DNA of 64,000 nt, from positions 553 to 64,552 of the forward strand of contig JAHFGL010000002.1 of NCBI GenBank assembly GCA_023247445.1, in the 5' to 3' direction. Source of the DNA: Candidatus Omnitrophota bacterium. GTDB taxonomy: Bacteria; Omnitrophota; Gorgyraeia; Zapsychrales; Zapsychraceae. The notes beneath the pieces are model-generated. The model saw only the letters and a program-made list of their open reading frames with translations, ran no database searches and had not been told where the DNA came from. Below, one piece after another: positions 38,752 to 48,747 of the stretch (position 1 is its first letter; the number at the start of each line of letters is the position of its first letter). The translations under genes were made by a program, and so were the position numbers.

Positions 38752-41700
38752 ATGAATAAAAAACTATTACGAAGAAATCTTTTTATTAGTTTAATTGTCT
38801 TATCCTTTTCCTTCCCATCGTACGCCGAGATTAATATCCAAGACATTGAATCACCCGCCCAAGTGGCGAGCCCCACACCTGATCCAGGCTATCAACAACA
38901 TTGGCAGCTAAAACAGCAACAGATGCTTCAACCAAGAAGTGTGGTGAGCGCTCAAGTGAGCACTCAGCCTTCCTTTGGAAAAGCAACCGGCGCTGGATTT
39001 AATGATACGAGTTTGTATTTTGCTGGAGATATTGCCGTCTCTATATTCTTTACCGCAGGCTTAGATGGCGCGTGGAATACCACCGATATGGAATCCACGA
39101 TTCAGAAAATTCGTAGCGCCTTAGATGAATTTAAAACAATTGAGCCCAATGCACGAATCAACTTTACCTATATTAAGGAAGTGGACGCATTAGGTAATCC
39201 AAAACCTTTTCCTGCAACACCACTCGAAGAAAGAGAATATGCCAACGATTTAAGAAATTTAAATAATACCCATTGGGCATTTTTGATTGTTATTAAAAAT
39301 GAATCTGGCGGTGTAACCAAACCAGCTTATTCTTTTGTGAATGGACCTTCAGTTCATCTTTACAAAAATCATTTGGATCCTTTAATTATCCGTCATGAAA
39401 CGATGCATATTTTTGGAGCGCTTGATCAATATATCCCGAGCTCAACGACCCAAGGACCGACGAACACCGCTGGATATTTAAATGTCGTCAATGCTAATAG
39501 TTTAACGAGTAGTGGCAAGGGTTTTTTTGCAGGCACAGGAGAAGGAAAATCTGATTTAATGATGTCGAGATTAAGTTCTACCATTGGAACGTATTCCCGA
39601 GGACAAGTTGGATGGAGGGATAGTGATGGCGATGGTATCTTTGATCCTCTAGATACAATCCCTGAAACAAAAATTTTATCTGTGACCGGCAATAATCCTT
39701 ATACCATTTTGGGAACGGTTGTGGATCAAGGTATTCCCAATGAATTAGAGAATGCCTTTGCTTTTTCAAGGGCCAGGGTTTCAGTTAATACGATTACACA
39801 AATTCAATTTCGTGTCGATAACGGCGTGTGGGTGGATGTTTTGGCTAGTGACGGTAATTTAAATTCTGGTAGGGAAGATTTTAATCTTACAATTCCCGCT
39901 TTACCCAAAGCAGCGCATACACTTGAAATTCGTGCCATCAATTCTGTCGGTAATATCGAAACATCTTATGCCAAAGAAAGAATTGTGGTGACGACAAGCT
40001 CTGTGACCATGATGCCGACTTTTAAAGCTTCGCCAATTAAACCTCTATTTAACGCCTTAACAGCTTCTTTTATTGTTACTCCTGAGAATTATCACGGTGA
40101 TAGTTTACCAACGTATACTGTTGCGTTAGATGCCAACACATCTTTTGATATGGAAGATCCTGTGTCCTCGCTTAAAGTGCGTTGGGATTTTGAGGGAGAT
40201 GGAATTTGGGATACAGGTTATTCGACTACTAAAACGATAAATTATAATTATTTATTAGATAAGTCATATGACCATACACTTTTTGCGACGTCGAATAATG
40301 CTTATGATGTCGCGGTGGCTGGCAACATGGCCTATGTGGCGGGTAATTCTTTAAAAGTTGTCAACATTGCTAATCCGGCGAGTCCGGTGCTTTTGAGTAC
40401 ACTTTCAACCGGAACGATATTAACGAATGTTTGTGTCGTCAATAATTATGTGTATTTGATAGATCAAGGCAGTCGGTTTTATGTGGTCGATGTGACTAAC
40501 CCGTTAGCTCCAGTTCTAAAAAATCCATCTGGCTTAAGCATGCCGGGATTAGCAACAAGTATGACGGCCATGGGTTCTTATGTTTATGTGGGGCTTTCGT
40601 TTCAAAGTGAGGTAAGGGTGATTAACGTTACTAATCCAGTTGCTCCAGTTATTGCTGGCCAAATTAACACGACTTTTTATGTTAATGACATTTTTGCTCT
40701 TAACAACAATTTGTATGTTATTTCTAATGGTTCTCTACAAATATTTAATATTTCTAATCCGTTGGCAGCAACATTAACAGGAAAATTAAGCGGGTTTATT
40801 GTTGCCAGTAAAATTTTTGTTAAAGGTTCTTTAGTTTATGTTGGTGATAATAACTTTGGTTTAAAGATTGTTAGCGCCAGTAACTTAGCCAGTCCACAGC
40901 TTGTCGGCAGCTACGCACTCGCTTCTCCGGTACCAGCTATTAATAGTCTTGTCGTGGTTGGTAACACGGCCATTCTTTCGCTGGGGAGCAAAACAATCAT
41001 GATGCTAGATGTTACTAATACGGCTAATCCTGTATTAATCGGTCAGAAAGAAATGGTTTCTTTTGCTTATGGCCTCGATGGGAACACTCAAAATGCTTAT
41101 CTGGCCAACGGCAGCAGTGGCTTAGCTATTTTTGATATGACCAAACAAGGCCTTGTGCCAACCACGTTAAGTAAGAAAATTTTGATGGAGGTGATGGACA
41201 CCGCTGGCAATATCGCTAAGACTTCACGCAATGTCTGGGCGGTAACTTATAATCATCCACCGAAAATTGACTCCATCGAAGCCACCGATACCCACGGCGT
41301 TCAATTTGAATTAGCGGGTGTTTATGCCAACAACTATCGACTTTCGATTCGAGACATGTTTACGACGGGTTCCTATTTATACATCCTTTATGAAGAATTG
41401 TTGAGTGTGGGTTCTCGTTATGGATTTCAAATCATTAATATTACAAATCCTTCTTCGCCATATCCTATTGCCAGCCCATATCTTAGTTCAATTGCGAATC
41501 GTGATGTTTTTGCCAGCGGAGATCTTGTGTATGTGGTGGATGATCATGGTTTAAAGATTTTTAATACATCGAATCCAAATCAAGTGATGGGGGCTTTTGC
41601 TAAAACAGGAGTTTTATTTGTTAAGGTGCAAGGGGCATACGCCTATTTAACGACTGAAAAGGAATTTTTGATTTTAAATGTTGGTAATCCAGCCAATCCT

Positions 41701-43533
41701 GTTTTAGTAGGGACGTATATATTTAGCCCAACGAATTTGCCTGCCAAAATTTCTGATGAGTGGATCGATGGGCGTTATGCTTATTTAGCCGATGCCACCT
41801 ATGGATTAAAAGTTATTGATACGATTGATCCCGCGAATCCAAAGTTGGTTGGCTTTCCACCGTATTATCCCAACGATATTATTTCCATCGACAACGGATA
41901 TCTTTACACGCGTGAGTCGGATATGATGAGAATTTATGATCTTATCAATCCTATTAATCCTCAATTTATAACAAACTATGGTCCGGTCACTGATCTTGCT
42001 AAAGGTTTTAAATTAGCCGATGTAATTTATTGTCCTGTTAAATTTAAAAAGATTATCCAAATGATCGATGTGTCGAACCCCCGTCAGCCAAGCTTTATGA
42101 AAGAATATACGGTTACAACAGATGTAGATCAGATGTGTGGTTTAACGGATAAGCTTTATGTTTCCATTCCTAACTACAGCACAAAGGCCTTGTTTTATAT
42201 TTTTAGCTCACGGGTTGGAAAATTGGCACAGATGCTCAGTGCCTCTGATCCAGATCAAGCAACGACATGGGATGGGTTACTAGAATACCGCTGGGATTTT
42301 AATAACGATGGCATTTGGGATACAGAATATGATCCAACCTATCAAACGATTATTTATCCTGATTTAAATGATAATGTTTTAGGGCAAACCCTTCTATGTG
42401 AAATTAAAGATCGTTTTCATGCAACAAAGAAGATGAGTTATTTTATTGCTCCTATTAATCATCGACCGACGCTCAATCCGATTAGTCCGCAATTTATCAA
42501 AGAGGGCGATTTGATCAATATTAAAATTACTGGAAGCGATCCTGATGATGATCCATTAACATATTCGGCGAGCGGGTTGCCGGTCGGCGCTAGCTTTGAT
42601 CAAAATACACAAATGTTTAGATGGCCGGCGAATTATGGTCAGGCGGGGCATTATTCCATTACATTTAATGTTGTTGATTCTAAAGGATTGGTCGCTGTGC
42701 CACAAACGATGTCCATTGATGTCGCCATCGTTAGCCCAACTGTTTTATTAACGTTAAATACAAATTCTACTTCTCCTGCCGCACTTTTTTCGTTAACGGT
42801 TTCGGGATCAACACCAGCCAAGCTGTCTTCTCTATATTGGGTGGTGGTTGATAAGAATAATCCTTCGAATACAAATATTCCTGGGACTGTTTATGGTGAA
42901 GCGCGCAATTTGGCTATGCCGCAAGATGTGGGGATGGGACTTGGTCAGACCGCTTATGTTCTTTCTCGGGCGGTAACAATTACCAATCCGGGAACATATG
43001 AAGTTCGAGCTTTTGCGCAAGATAGTTTATATGCGAGTTTGGGTGGAGCGCATCAAACCTCGGTTAGCCAAACAATCAGCGTTATCTCGCCGATTACTCG
43101 AAAATGGCTAGCCAATGGAAATTCAACTCGGTCACTCGATTTTGATTGGAAATTTTTGGTTAAAGTTTCAGACCCTCAAGCTAAAAAGATTGTAATCGCT
43201 GGATGGAAAACTGGTTATTCGGGTTTAGATGTTAATCTTTCAGGAGATCCTTTAGCCGCTAATTCCACAGCGAATTATAAAGTTGATTTGCAACCTACCA
43301 GCTGTACGATTACTGATAGTCCGTCGGCATGGAAGACAGACGCGTCATTAAAAAAGGCGTGTTATGTTATTCCTGTGAACATAAGTTGGACGGCCCCCAC
43401 AACGATAGGCGCTTCAGATTCATTATACTCCGCTTGCCAAATCCGCTATAACGCGTCCACGAAAAATATTGAGTATAAAGATTTCTCGGCAAGTTATGAT
43501 TGCGGCGTCGCTGTTTTTTCGATGAGTCAGTAA
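38752..43533 (+). CDS. Very large secreted protein: HExxH zinc metallopeptidase, Ig/PKD domains, two LVIVD propellers, He_PIG
   Basis: Signal peptide (SYA), RHETMHIFGALDQY, RWDF..DGIWDT twice, many (V/I).(D/N)V(T/S)NP..P repeats, GLPVGASFD. Confidence 0.85.
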   Translation: MNKKLLRRNLFISLIVLSFSFPSYAEINIQDIESPAQVASPTPDPGYQQHWQLKQQQMLQPRSVVSAQVSTQPSFGKATGAGFNDTSLYFAGDIAVSIFFTAGLDGAWNTTDMESTIQKIRSALDEFKTIEPNARINFTYIKEVDALGNPKPFPATPLEEREYANDLRNLNNTHWAFLIVIKNESGGVTKPAYSFVNGPSVHLYKNHLDPLIIRHETMHIFGALDQYIPSSTTQGPTNTAGYLNVVNANSLTSSGKGFFAGTGEGKSDLMMSRLSSTIGTYSRGQVGWRDSDGDGIFDPLDTIPETKILSVTGNNPYTILGTVVDQGIPNELENAFAFSRARVSVNTITQIQFRVDNGVWVDVLASDGNLNSGREDFNLTIPALPKAAHTLEIRAINSVGNIETSYAKERIVVTTSSVTMMPTFKASPIKPLFNALTASFIVTPENYHGDSLPTYTVALDANTSFDMEDPVSSLKVRWDFEGDGIWDTGYSTTKTINYNYLLDKSYDHTLFATSNNAYDVAVAGNMAYVAGNSLKVVNIANPASPVLLSTLSTGTILTNVCVVNNYVYLIDQGSRFYVVDVTNPLAPVLKNPSGLSMPGLATSMTAMGSYVYVGLSFQSEVRVINVTNPVAPVIAGQINTTFYVNDIFALNNNLYVISNGSLQIFNISNPLAATLTGKLSGFIVASKIFVKGSLVYVGDNNFGLKIVSASNLASPQLVGSYALASPVPAINSLVVVGNTAILSLGSKTIMMLDVTNTANPVLIGQKEMVSFAYGLDGNTQNAYLANGSSGLAIFDMTKQGLVPTTLSKKILMEVMDTAGNIAKTSRNVWAVTYNHPPKIDSIEATDTHGVQFELAGVYANNYRLSIRDMFTTGSYLYILYEELLSVGSRYGFQIINITNPSSPYPIASPYLSSIANRDVFASGDLVYVVDDHGLKIFNTSNPNQVMGAFAKTGVLFVKVQGAYAYLTTEKEFLILNVGNPANPVLVGTYIFSPTNLPAKISDEWIDGRYAYLADATYGLKVIDTIDPANPKLVGFPPYYPNDIISIDNGYLYTRESDMMRIYDLINPINPQFITNYGPVTDLAKGFKLADVIYCPVKFKKIIQMIDVSNPRQPSFMKEYTVTTDVDQMCGLTDKLYVSIPNYSTKALFYIFSSRVGKLAQMLSASDPDQATTWDGLLEYRWDFNNDGIWDTEYDPTYQTIIYPDLNDNVLGQTLLCEIKDRFHATKKMSYFIAPINHRPTLNPISPQFIKEGDLINIKITGSDPDDDPLTYSASGLPVGASFDQNTQMFRWPANYGQAGHYSITFNVVDSKGLVAVPQTMSIDVAIVSPTVLLTLNTNSTSPAALFSLTVSGSTPAKLSSLYWVVVDKNNPSNTNIPGTVYGEARNLAMPQDVGMGLGQTAYVLSRAVTITNPGTYEVRAFAQDSLYASLGGAHQTSVSQTISVISPITRKWLANGNSTRSLDFDWKFLVKVSDPQAKKIVIAGWKTGYSGLDVNLSGDPLAANSTANYKVDLQPTSCTITDSPSAWKTDASLKKACYVIPVNISWTAPTTIGASDSLYSACQIRYNASTKNIEYKDFSASYDCGVAVFSMSQ

Positions 43534-43946
43534 TTAAGAGTCACGATCTATTCTTTCTATCCTAAGATTTTTTATCCATTTAAAGGAAACGGTTTCTCAA
43601 ATCTGCATTTACCCTCTTGTTTTCTACCAGCCCATGTGCAATATTTAAAACAAGCAGTTCAGAAAATTAAACAAAAAATAACAGAACACCAAAATACGAA
43701 GATCATGGTTATCTCTAAGTTAAGTTTACCTTTATATATAACAATCACTCAAAGCCTAATTCACCAGATAAGATATTTAGTATATATCTTTATCGGGAAT
43801 GTTTTACCGTTACGGCTTTTTGGGATTGCTTGTTTAGTTAAACGTATTTAGAGTAAGCACGATTTTCGGCAGCAAGGATTGAAGATGAACGTTTGGACCT
43901 TGTTACTGAGAAAAGAAACAAAAGTAATCAATAAAGAATTCTTAAG

Positions 43947-43983
43947 GAACCTATTTCTAGAAATTAGAAATAGGTTTTTTTGT
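43947..43983 (+). terminator. Terminator/attenuator in a long structured leader
   Basis: AACCTATTTCTAG-AAA-TTAGAAATAGGTTTTTTT, about 90 nt before ATG 44070. Confidence 0.75.
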
Positions 43984-44069
43984 TTAGTTCTTGGAAAAAG
44001 TCAACCATCGCCGATCCTTGTAAAAGATTGGTTTTTATTTCAACCAATGAACAATAGAGGAGAATTCAA

Positions 44070-46475
44070 ATGAAGAATAAATATAAATCATTATTGTATA
44101 TTGTTTCAATAATTGTTTTTCTAGTGACGACAAGCTTAAGCAATGTCCAACCGCTTTTTGCTGACCATGCTGAGGAAGATTCAGAAATGATTGTCTTAAC
44201 CAATGGTCTGCTTAATCAAGTTAAACGATTGATGAAGGCCCAAGGTTTAGATAGGCAAAAACAAGTCGAAAGGATCACCAATCAAATTACTAAAAGAAAA
44301 GCCAAGATTGTTGATCTGCTGAAGAAAAACCCTAAACAAGCCTTGCGTCATATTTTACCGGCAAACACTTTATCGAGTTTCCCTCCTGAAATAAGAGAAT
44401 TATTAGAAGTAAATGTCGATTTTACCGGGGAATTAACAACTAGTATCATTAACTTCAATGATGGGACAACCAAGGTGGTGTATTCTTTTAAAAACGCGAG
44501 TGAACCAAATAAGGTTTACGAAATTTATTTTGCCGATAATGCCCCTATTTTACCTTCGGGATCTAAGGTAAGGATTCATGCCAATAAAATTGACACCAAT
44601 GTTGCACTGGTAGGAGGAACAACGGATGTTCAACCTATAGCAGTTACTCCTAACATCGTTACTGGTGAACAAAAAACCATTGTAATTCCTGTTAATTTTC
44701 AAGATAAAGTTTTGGCATGTTCTGATGCAGATATTGCATCTTCTTTTTTTACAAGTGCCAATTCTGTAAAGAATTATTTCTCTGAAAGTTCATATAATAA
44801 TATAAATATCACGGGAGATGTCGCCCCTCGCGTGACAGTCCCTTATAAGAGTACGGACAGTTGTCCCTCTTTTTTTGCGGTGACTGACGCGGCTGATCAA
44901 GCTGTCACAGCGCTGGGAATTAATCTCAACAATTATAATCGAAGGGTTTATGAACTTCCTAAAGCAACTTGCAATTATGCTGGGATAGCAACGATCGGCG
45001 GAAATCCTAGTCGAGCACTTACTTATCTTTGTCAGACCCCGTCTGTCGTGGCTCACGAATTTGGTCACAACCTTGGTTGGTATCATGCCGCGACTGGAAC
45101 TTTGACAGCCCCTATTTCAGAGTATGGGGATACTTCTTGTGTTATGGGATCATCTAGTGCTACTGGGATTCGTCAACCCAATACTCCACATAAAATAGAG
45201 GCAGGGTGGATTCCTGTTGGGCGTGTCAGAACGGTAATAGCCAATCAAACGGAGTCAGCTGATCATACGTACACAATTTATAATTCAGAAAATGGTAACA
45301 CGAGTGAAGTTCAGGCTTTGAAATTTCATAAATCAGATACTAATGAAGATTATTATTTATCTTATCGACATCCAGTTGGTTTTGACACCGTTTTAGCAAG
45401 TCAGTATGCCGATAAAACCAGCATTCATCGTTGGAAGGGAGTTCCTGGGAATCGAACATTTTTTCTTCAATCCCTTTCAGATGGGATGACTTTTGCTGAC
45501 CCGACTAATGGAATTGTTGTTAAGCAATTAAGTCATGATGCGAATGTGTCTGTTGTCTCTGTCGATTTTAGTGGTGGATCACAATGTAATGTTTTCGCCC
45601 CATCGGTAAACATCGCGCCTGTAAGCCAAAGTGGTAGTCATGGACAACAATTATCTTACACGGTTTCGGTTACTAATAATGATTCATCGATTTGTGGTAA
45701 TAGCGTTTTTAATTTAACTTCATCGGTTCCTTCAGGCTGGTCAGGTCAATTCTCGGTAAACCAATTAACCTTAGCGCCAGGAGCTAGTGGTTCAGTTAAT
45801 ATGAACGTTACCTCTAAGGACACAGCGCTTGACGGGGTTTATACTATTACCGTTAATGCAGCGGATCTGATGAATCCAACTCATGTTGCCAGTGCAACTG
45901 CTTCTTATGTTATTTTTGTCTTTGGTGAGGTTCGCGGGCATGTAATAGATGAAAAAACTAAGACCCCGATTGCAGGAGCACGTGTTACCGTCATGGGAAA
46001 AGATGAGTATAACAACAGAATAGCTGTTCGAGTGATGACGGACGCTCAGGGGAATTTTAAAATAACCAATTTACCATCTCCTGCATCAAAATATAGCTTG
46101 AAGATTAGAGCTCAACGCGGGAGAGCTTCCTATCAATTCCAACGGGAATTATGTGTTACAAGCAATGATTCTTCCTTAGGAGATATCGCGGGGAAATTGA
46201 TTCGTTCTGAAAATCCCGCAGGGTATGCCGGAGATAATACTGTCAGTGGATTTTATGGAATATATCAACATAACCTAACTCTATCTGGGAAGGATAGTAA
46301 TGGAAACCCCGTTAAATTAAAAATAATAAGTGATAAAGACGGATACTTTCTATTTGAAAATGTATATTCTGGACAGTACAAGCTAAAAGTATTAGACGCT
46401 CCTGTCATGGGGGGCTTTAGTATAGATGTCGTGGTGAATTCCCAAGATGTTGACTTGGGACAATTGTATCGATGA
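44070..46475 (+). CDS. Secreted M11 (gametolysin-like) metallopeptidase with NEW3-like Ig domain and C-terminal tandem carboxypeptidase-regulatory-like module
   Basis: HEFGHNLGWYH...EYGD.SCVMG Met-turn, Y.VSVTNND...LAPGAS.S. Confidence 0.85.
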   Translation: MKNKYKSLLYIVSIIVFLVTTSLSNVQPLFADHAEEDSEMIVLTNGLLNQVKRLMKAQGLDRQKQVERITNQITKRKAKIVDLLKKNPKQALRHILPANTLSSFPPEIRELLEVNVDFTGELTTSIINFNDGTTKVVYSFKNASEPNKVYEIYFADNAPILPSGSKVRIHANKIDTNVALVGGTTDVQPIAVTPNIVTGEQKTIVIPVNFQDKVLACSDADIASSFFTSANSVKNYFSESSYNNINITGDVAPRVTVPYKSTDSCPSFFAVTDAADQAVTALGINLNNYNRRVYELPKATCNYAGIATIGGNPSRALTYLCQTPSVVAHEFGHNLGWYHAATGTLTAPISEYGDTSCVMGSSSATGIRQPNTPHKIEAGWIPVGRVRTVIANQTESADHTYTIYNSENGNTSEVQALKFHKSDTNEDYYLSYRHPVGFDTVLASQYADKTSIHRWKGVPGNRTFFLQSLSDGMTFADPTNGIVVKQLSHDANVSVVSVDFSGGSQCNVFAPSVNIAPVSQSGSHGQQLSYTVSVTNNDSSICGNSVFNLTSSVPSGWSGQFSVNQLTLAPGASGSVNMNVTSKDTALDGVYTITVNAADLMNPTHVASATASYVIFVFGEVRGHVIDEKTKTPIAGARVTVMGKDEYNNRIAVRVMTDAQGNFKITNLPSPASKYSLKIRAQRGRASYQFQRELCVTSNDSSLGDIAGKLIRSENPAGYAGDNTVSGFYGIYQHNLTLSGKDSNGNPVKLKIISDKDGYFLFENVYSGQYKLKVLDAPVMGGFSIDVVVNSQDVDLGQLYR

Positions 46476-46487
46476 CCTACGGGAAAG

Positions 46488-46539
46488 ATAAAATAGGGAC
46501 ACGTACCTTTTCTAAAAAAGGTACGTGTCCCTATTTTAT
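46488..46539. repeat. Perfect 24-bp inverted repeat, GGGACACGTACC family
   Basis: ATAAAATAGGGACACGTACCTTTT-CTAA-AAAAGGTACGTGTCCCTATTTTAT. Confidence 0.85.
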
Positions 46540-46612
46540 TAATAAATCTCATCTTTCTTGCTGAAGCATAATGAGGATGATGATATTATGTTTTCATTAA
46601 CTGGGAGCGGAT

Positions 46613-47029
46613 ATGTCTGATCATGTAAAAATTGTCAACCAATACAAAAACATCTTAAAATGTTTCTTTATTTTCATATTTAGTGTCATTTTGTATATGG
46701 CGGTTATTGTTACACAGTCAGAAGAAGTGTTTGTTAACTCAGTTTCCTTTTATATGTTTTTTGGCCATTATCTGATTCTGTTATTTTTGATCTTAACCTT
46801 TGCGATTGTCATCACGGCGCGGCTTTACCGTCTTTCTAAATTACTTTATGAAGTTAATCTGATCAGCCTTAAGCCAACCTTTGTGATGTTGGGATATATC
46901 TTGTCTTTTGCTGCACCACTACTCCTAAAACCTCGCATTGCTATTTGCATTCTGCCCGCAACATTTTTATCCTATCTTATGGCCTTCTGGGTGTTGGGAA
47001 ATAAATATTTAAAGATTTTACCTAAATAG
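46613..47029 (+). CDS. Hypothetical 4-TM membrane protein
   Basis: Four hydrophobic segments, SD GGGAG. Confidence 0.65.
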   Translation: MSDHVKIVNQYKNILKCFFIFIFSVILYMAVIVTQSEEVFVNSVSFYMFFGHYLILLFLILTFAIVITARLYRLSKLLYEVNLISLKPTFVMLGYILSFAAPLLLKPRIAICILPATFLSYLMAFWVLGNKYLKILPK

Positions 47030-47105
47030 AAGAGAAGAAGTCGGAAAGTATGACTTGATATACTATTTAACTTGTGGCATACTTTGTAAGGAGGAGGGAA
47101 ATAAT

Positions 47106-47372
47106 ATGACTATTACAAAACTAAAAACCAAGAATCAAATTACAATTCCTGCACTAATCGTCAAGCGCCTGGGTATTAAGCCCAATGAACTATTCTCTGT
47201 GGATATAAAGGATAATTACATCATCTTGATGCCTGTTCATATGGAGCCGAAATATAGTGTTGAGGAATTAAATGCCATCGATGGCATTGTTGAAAAAGAG
47301 AAAAAATCAGCTAAAAAATTAAAAGCAGGAGGAGAATTCTCTAGCTATCTTAAAGGATTGGCTAAGAAATGA
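47106..47372 (+). CDS. AbrB/MazE-family antitoxin
   Basis: TKLKTKNQITIPALIVKRLGIKPNE. SD AAGGAGG precedes ATG 47106. Confidence 0.85.
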   Translation: MTITKLKTKNQITIPALIVKRLGIKPNELFSVDIKDNYIILMPVHMEPKYSVEELNAIDGIVEKEKKSAKKLKAGGEFSSYLKGLAKK

Positions 47373-47656
47373 AATACGTTGTCCCGCTATCCTCTTTTGA
47401 AAGATTCTTCAAGAAACTTAATACCAAGGAGCAAGATTTAGTCAGGGATGGTTTATCCAAATTTAATGAATTCTTGGTGTCAGGGCAATTCTCATCTGGG
47501 CTTGGATTTAAGAAGATTAATCATGATAAATACGAATTTCGAATTAATATCCGCTTAAGGGTTATTTTAAAGCTAGAAGGAGATATCTTTTATTTGGTCT
47601 TAGTTGGCAATCATGATGATGTTAGAAAATATTTAAGAAATTATAGGGGAAAATAA
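47369..47656 (+). CDS. RelE-superfamily toxin
   Basis: SFERFFKKL...GLGFKKI..YEFRINIRLRVI...LVGNHDDV, ATGA-coupled to the antitoxin. Confidence 0.8.
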   Translation: MKYVVPLSSFERFFKKLNTKEQDLVRDGLSKFNEFLVSGQFSSGLGFKKINHDKYEFRINIRLRVILKLEGDIFYLVLVGNHDDVRKYLRNYRGK

Positions 47657-47868
47657 TACTCCAAGATTCTGCTTAGCTTTTTTCATTCTTTTCGCAACAT
47701 TCTTTCCTATCTTATGACCCTCTGGGTATTGGGAAATAAATACCTAAAGACTTTACCTAAATAATATTAGTTCTTTCATGAATATCCTGAATATAGTTCT
47801 GTGAAAAAGTCTAATTTATGGTATATTTTTAATAAACGTAGATAGTCACCGACAAGGAGTTAAAGACT

Positions 47869-48093
47869 ATGAAGAAGAATATTTCCATGTCTGAAGTCTT
47901 AAAATTGAGTGTGGCCGAGAGAATTCAATTAGTGGAAGATGTTTGGGATAGTATTGCTGCAATTCCTGAGGCCGTACCATTAACGTCAAAAGAAAAAGCA
48001 GCGCTTGACCTTCGGTTAGAGGCTTATCATAAAAATCCTTCGGCAGGTTCTCCCTGGCGAGAAATTAAGAAAAAGATTCTTTCCCAAGCATGA
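47869..48093 (+). CDS. Putative addiction-module antitoxin (TIGR02574-like)
   Basis: LSVAERIQLVEDVWDSI...LDLRLEAY..NP..GSPWREIK. Confidence 0.9.
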   Translation: MKKNISMSEVLKLSVAERIQLVEDVWDSIAAIPEAVPLTSKEKAALDLRLEAYHKNPSAGSPWREIKKKILSQA

Positions 48094-48260
48094 AGTACTC
48101 CGTTGTTATTCGCCCTGAAGCAGAGGCTGATCTACAAAATACCTTCGAGTGGTACGAAGAACAAGAAAAAGGACTTGGGTTAGAAGAGCACAGGATTGTT
48201 GTTCTTGCTGTTTTACATGTAAGACGACATCCAATACGTTGGAAGAAAAGAACACAATAG
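48090..48260 (+). pseudogene. ParE/RelE toxin with an internal in-frame deletion (56 aa)
   Basis: MKYSVVIRPEAEADLQNTFEWYEEQEKGLGLE is fused directly to EHRIVVLAVLHVRRHPIRWKKRTQ. The central part is missing. Confidence 0.8.
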
Positions 48261-48534
48261 TTTTGTTCTCTCCGCAACATTTTTATCTTATGGCCTTTTG
48301 GGTATTGGGAAATAAATACCTAAAAACTATCTCAAAATAAGAGTTTTTTGACGTAAATCCCTGTTTAAGGCAAAAAAGCAAGGGGGAGGGTTGTTTTTAG
48401 TGTAAGCCCATCAATGGTCAAAGTGCTGGCGAAACATCCTGCGCTTCATGGTGGTGCACGGGCTGTTCTTGTTACTCCGGTTGTGAAATTTTCACAATGG
48501 ATGATGAATAAATAACAGTAGATCATAGTAAATC

Positions 48535-48579
48535 AAAATCAACCCCAGCGCGAAGTTAGCTCTGGGGTTGATTTTTTTT
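48535..48579. terminator. Bidirectional terminator-like hairpin
   Basis: AAAATCAACCCCAG...CTGGGGTTGATTTTTTT. Confidence 0.7.
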
Positions 48580-48747
48580 AATCAAAATTAAGGGGCAGTT
48601 TTTAATATAGCTAATTCATTGTAATCAAATAAGTTCTGTCTCTACTAGAAGAAACCGATTTCTTGAGGGTGGATAAACCCTCTTGCGGTTAGGCAAATAT
48701 GTGGCATAGTTATAGTAGAGAAGTGTAGCTGATCTTTATATAAACTA

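Larger units (their letters stand above)
46957..48340 (+). repeat. Three ~70-bp direct repeats (46957-47029, 47693-47764, 48273-48340) bracketing two TA modules
   Basis: CGCAACATT...TATCTTATG.CC.T.TGGGT.TTGGGAAATAAATA..TAAA is present three times. Copy 1 is the 3' end of the membrane-protein gene. Confidence 0.9.

Noticed and set aside
43636-44073. ORFs 43636-43851 and 43879-44073
   Set aside because: They have no SD or recognisable motifs and overlap hairpins and a terminator, so they are more likely leader RNA.
46957-48340. CRISPR array or integron attC sites
   Set aside because: The repeats are about 70 bp, diverged, and separated by 500-650 bp of genes. There are no cas or intI genes and no consistent RYYYAAC/GTTRRRY boxes.
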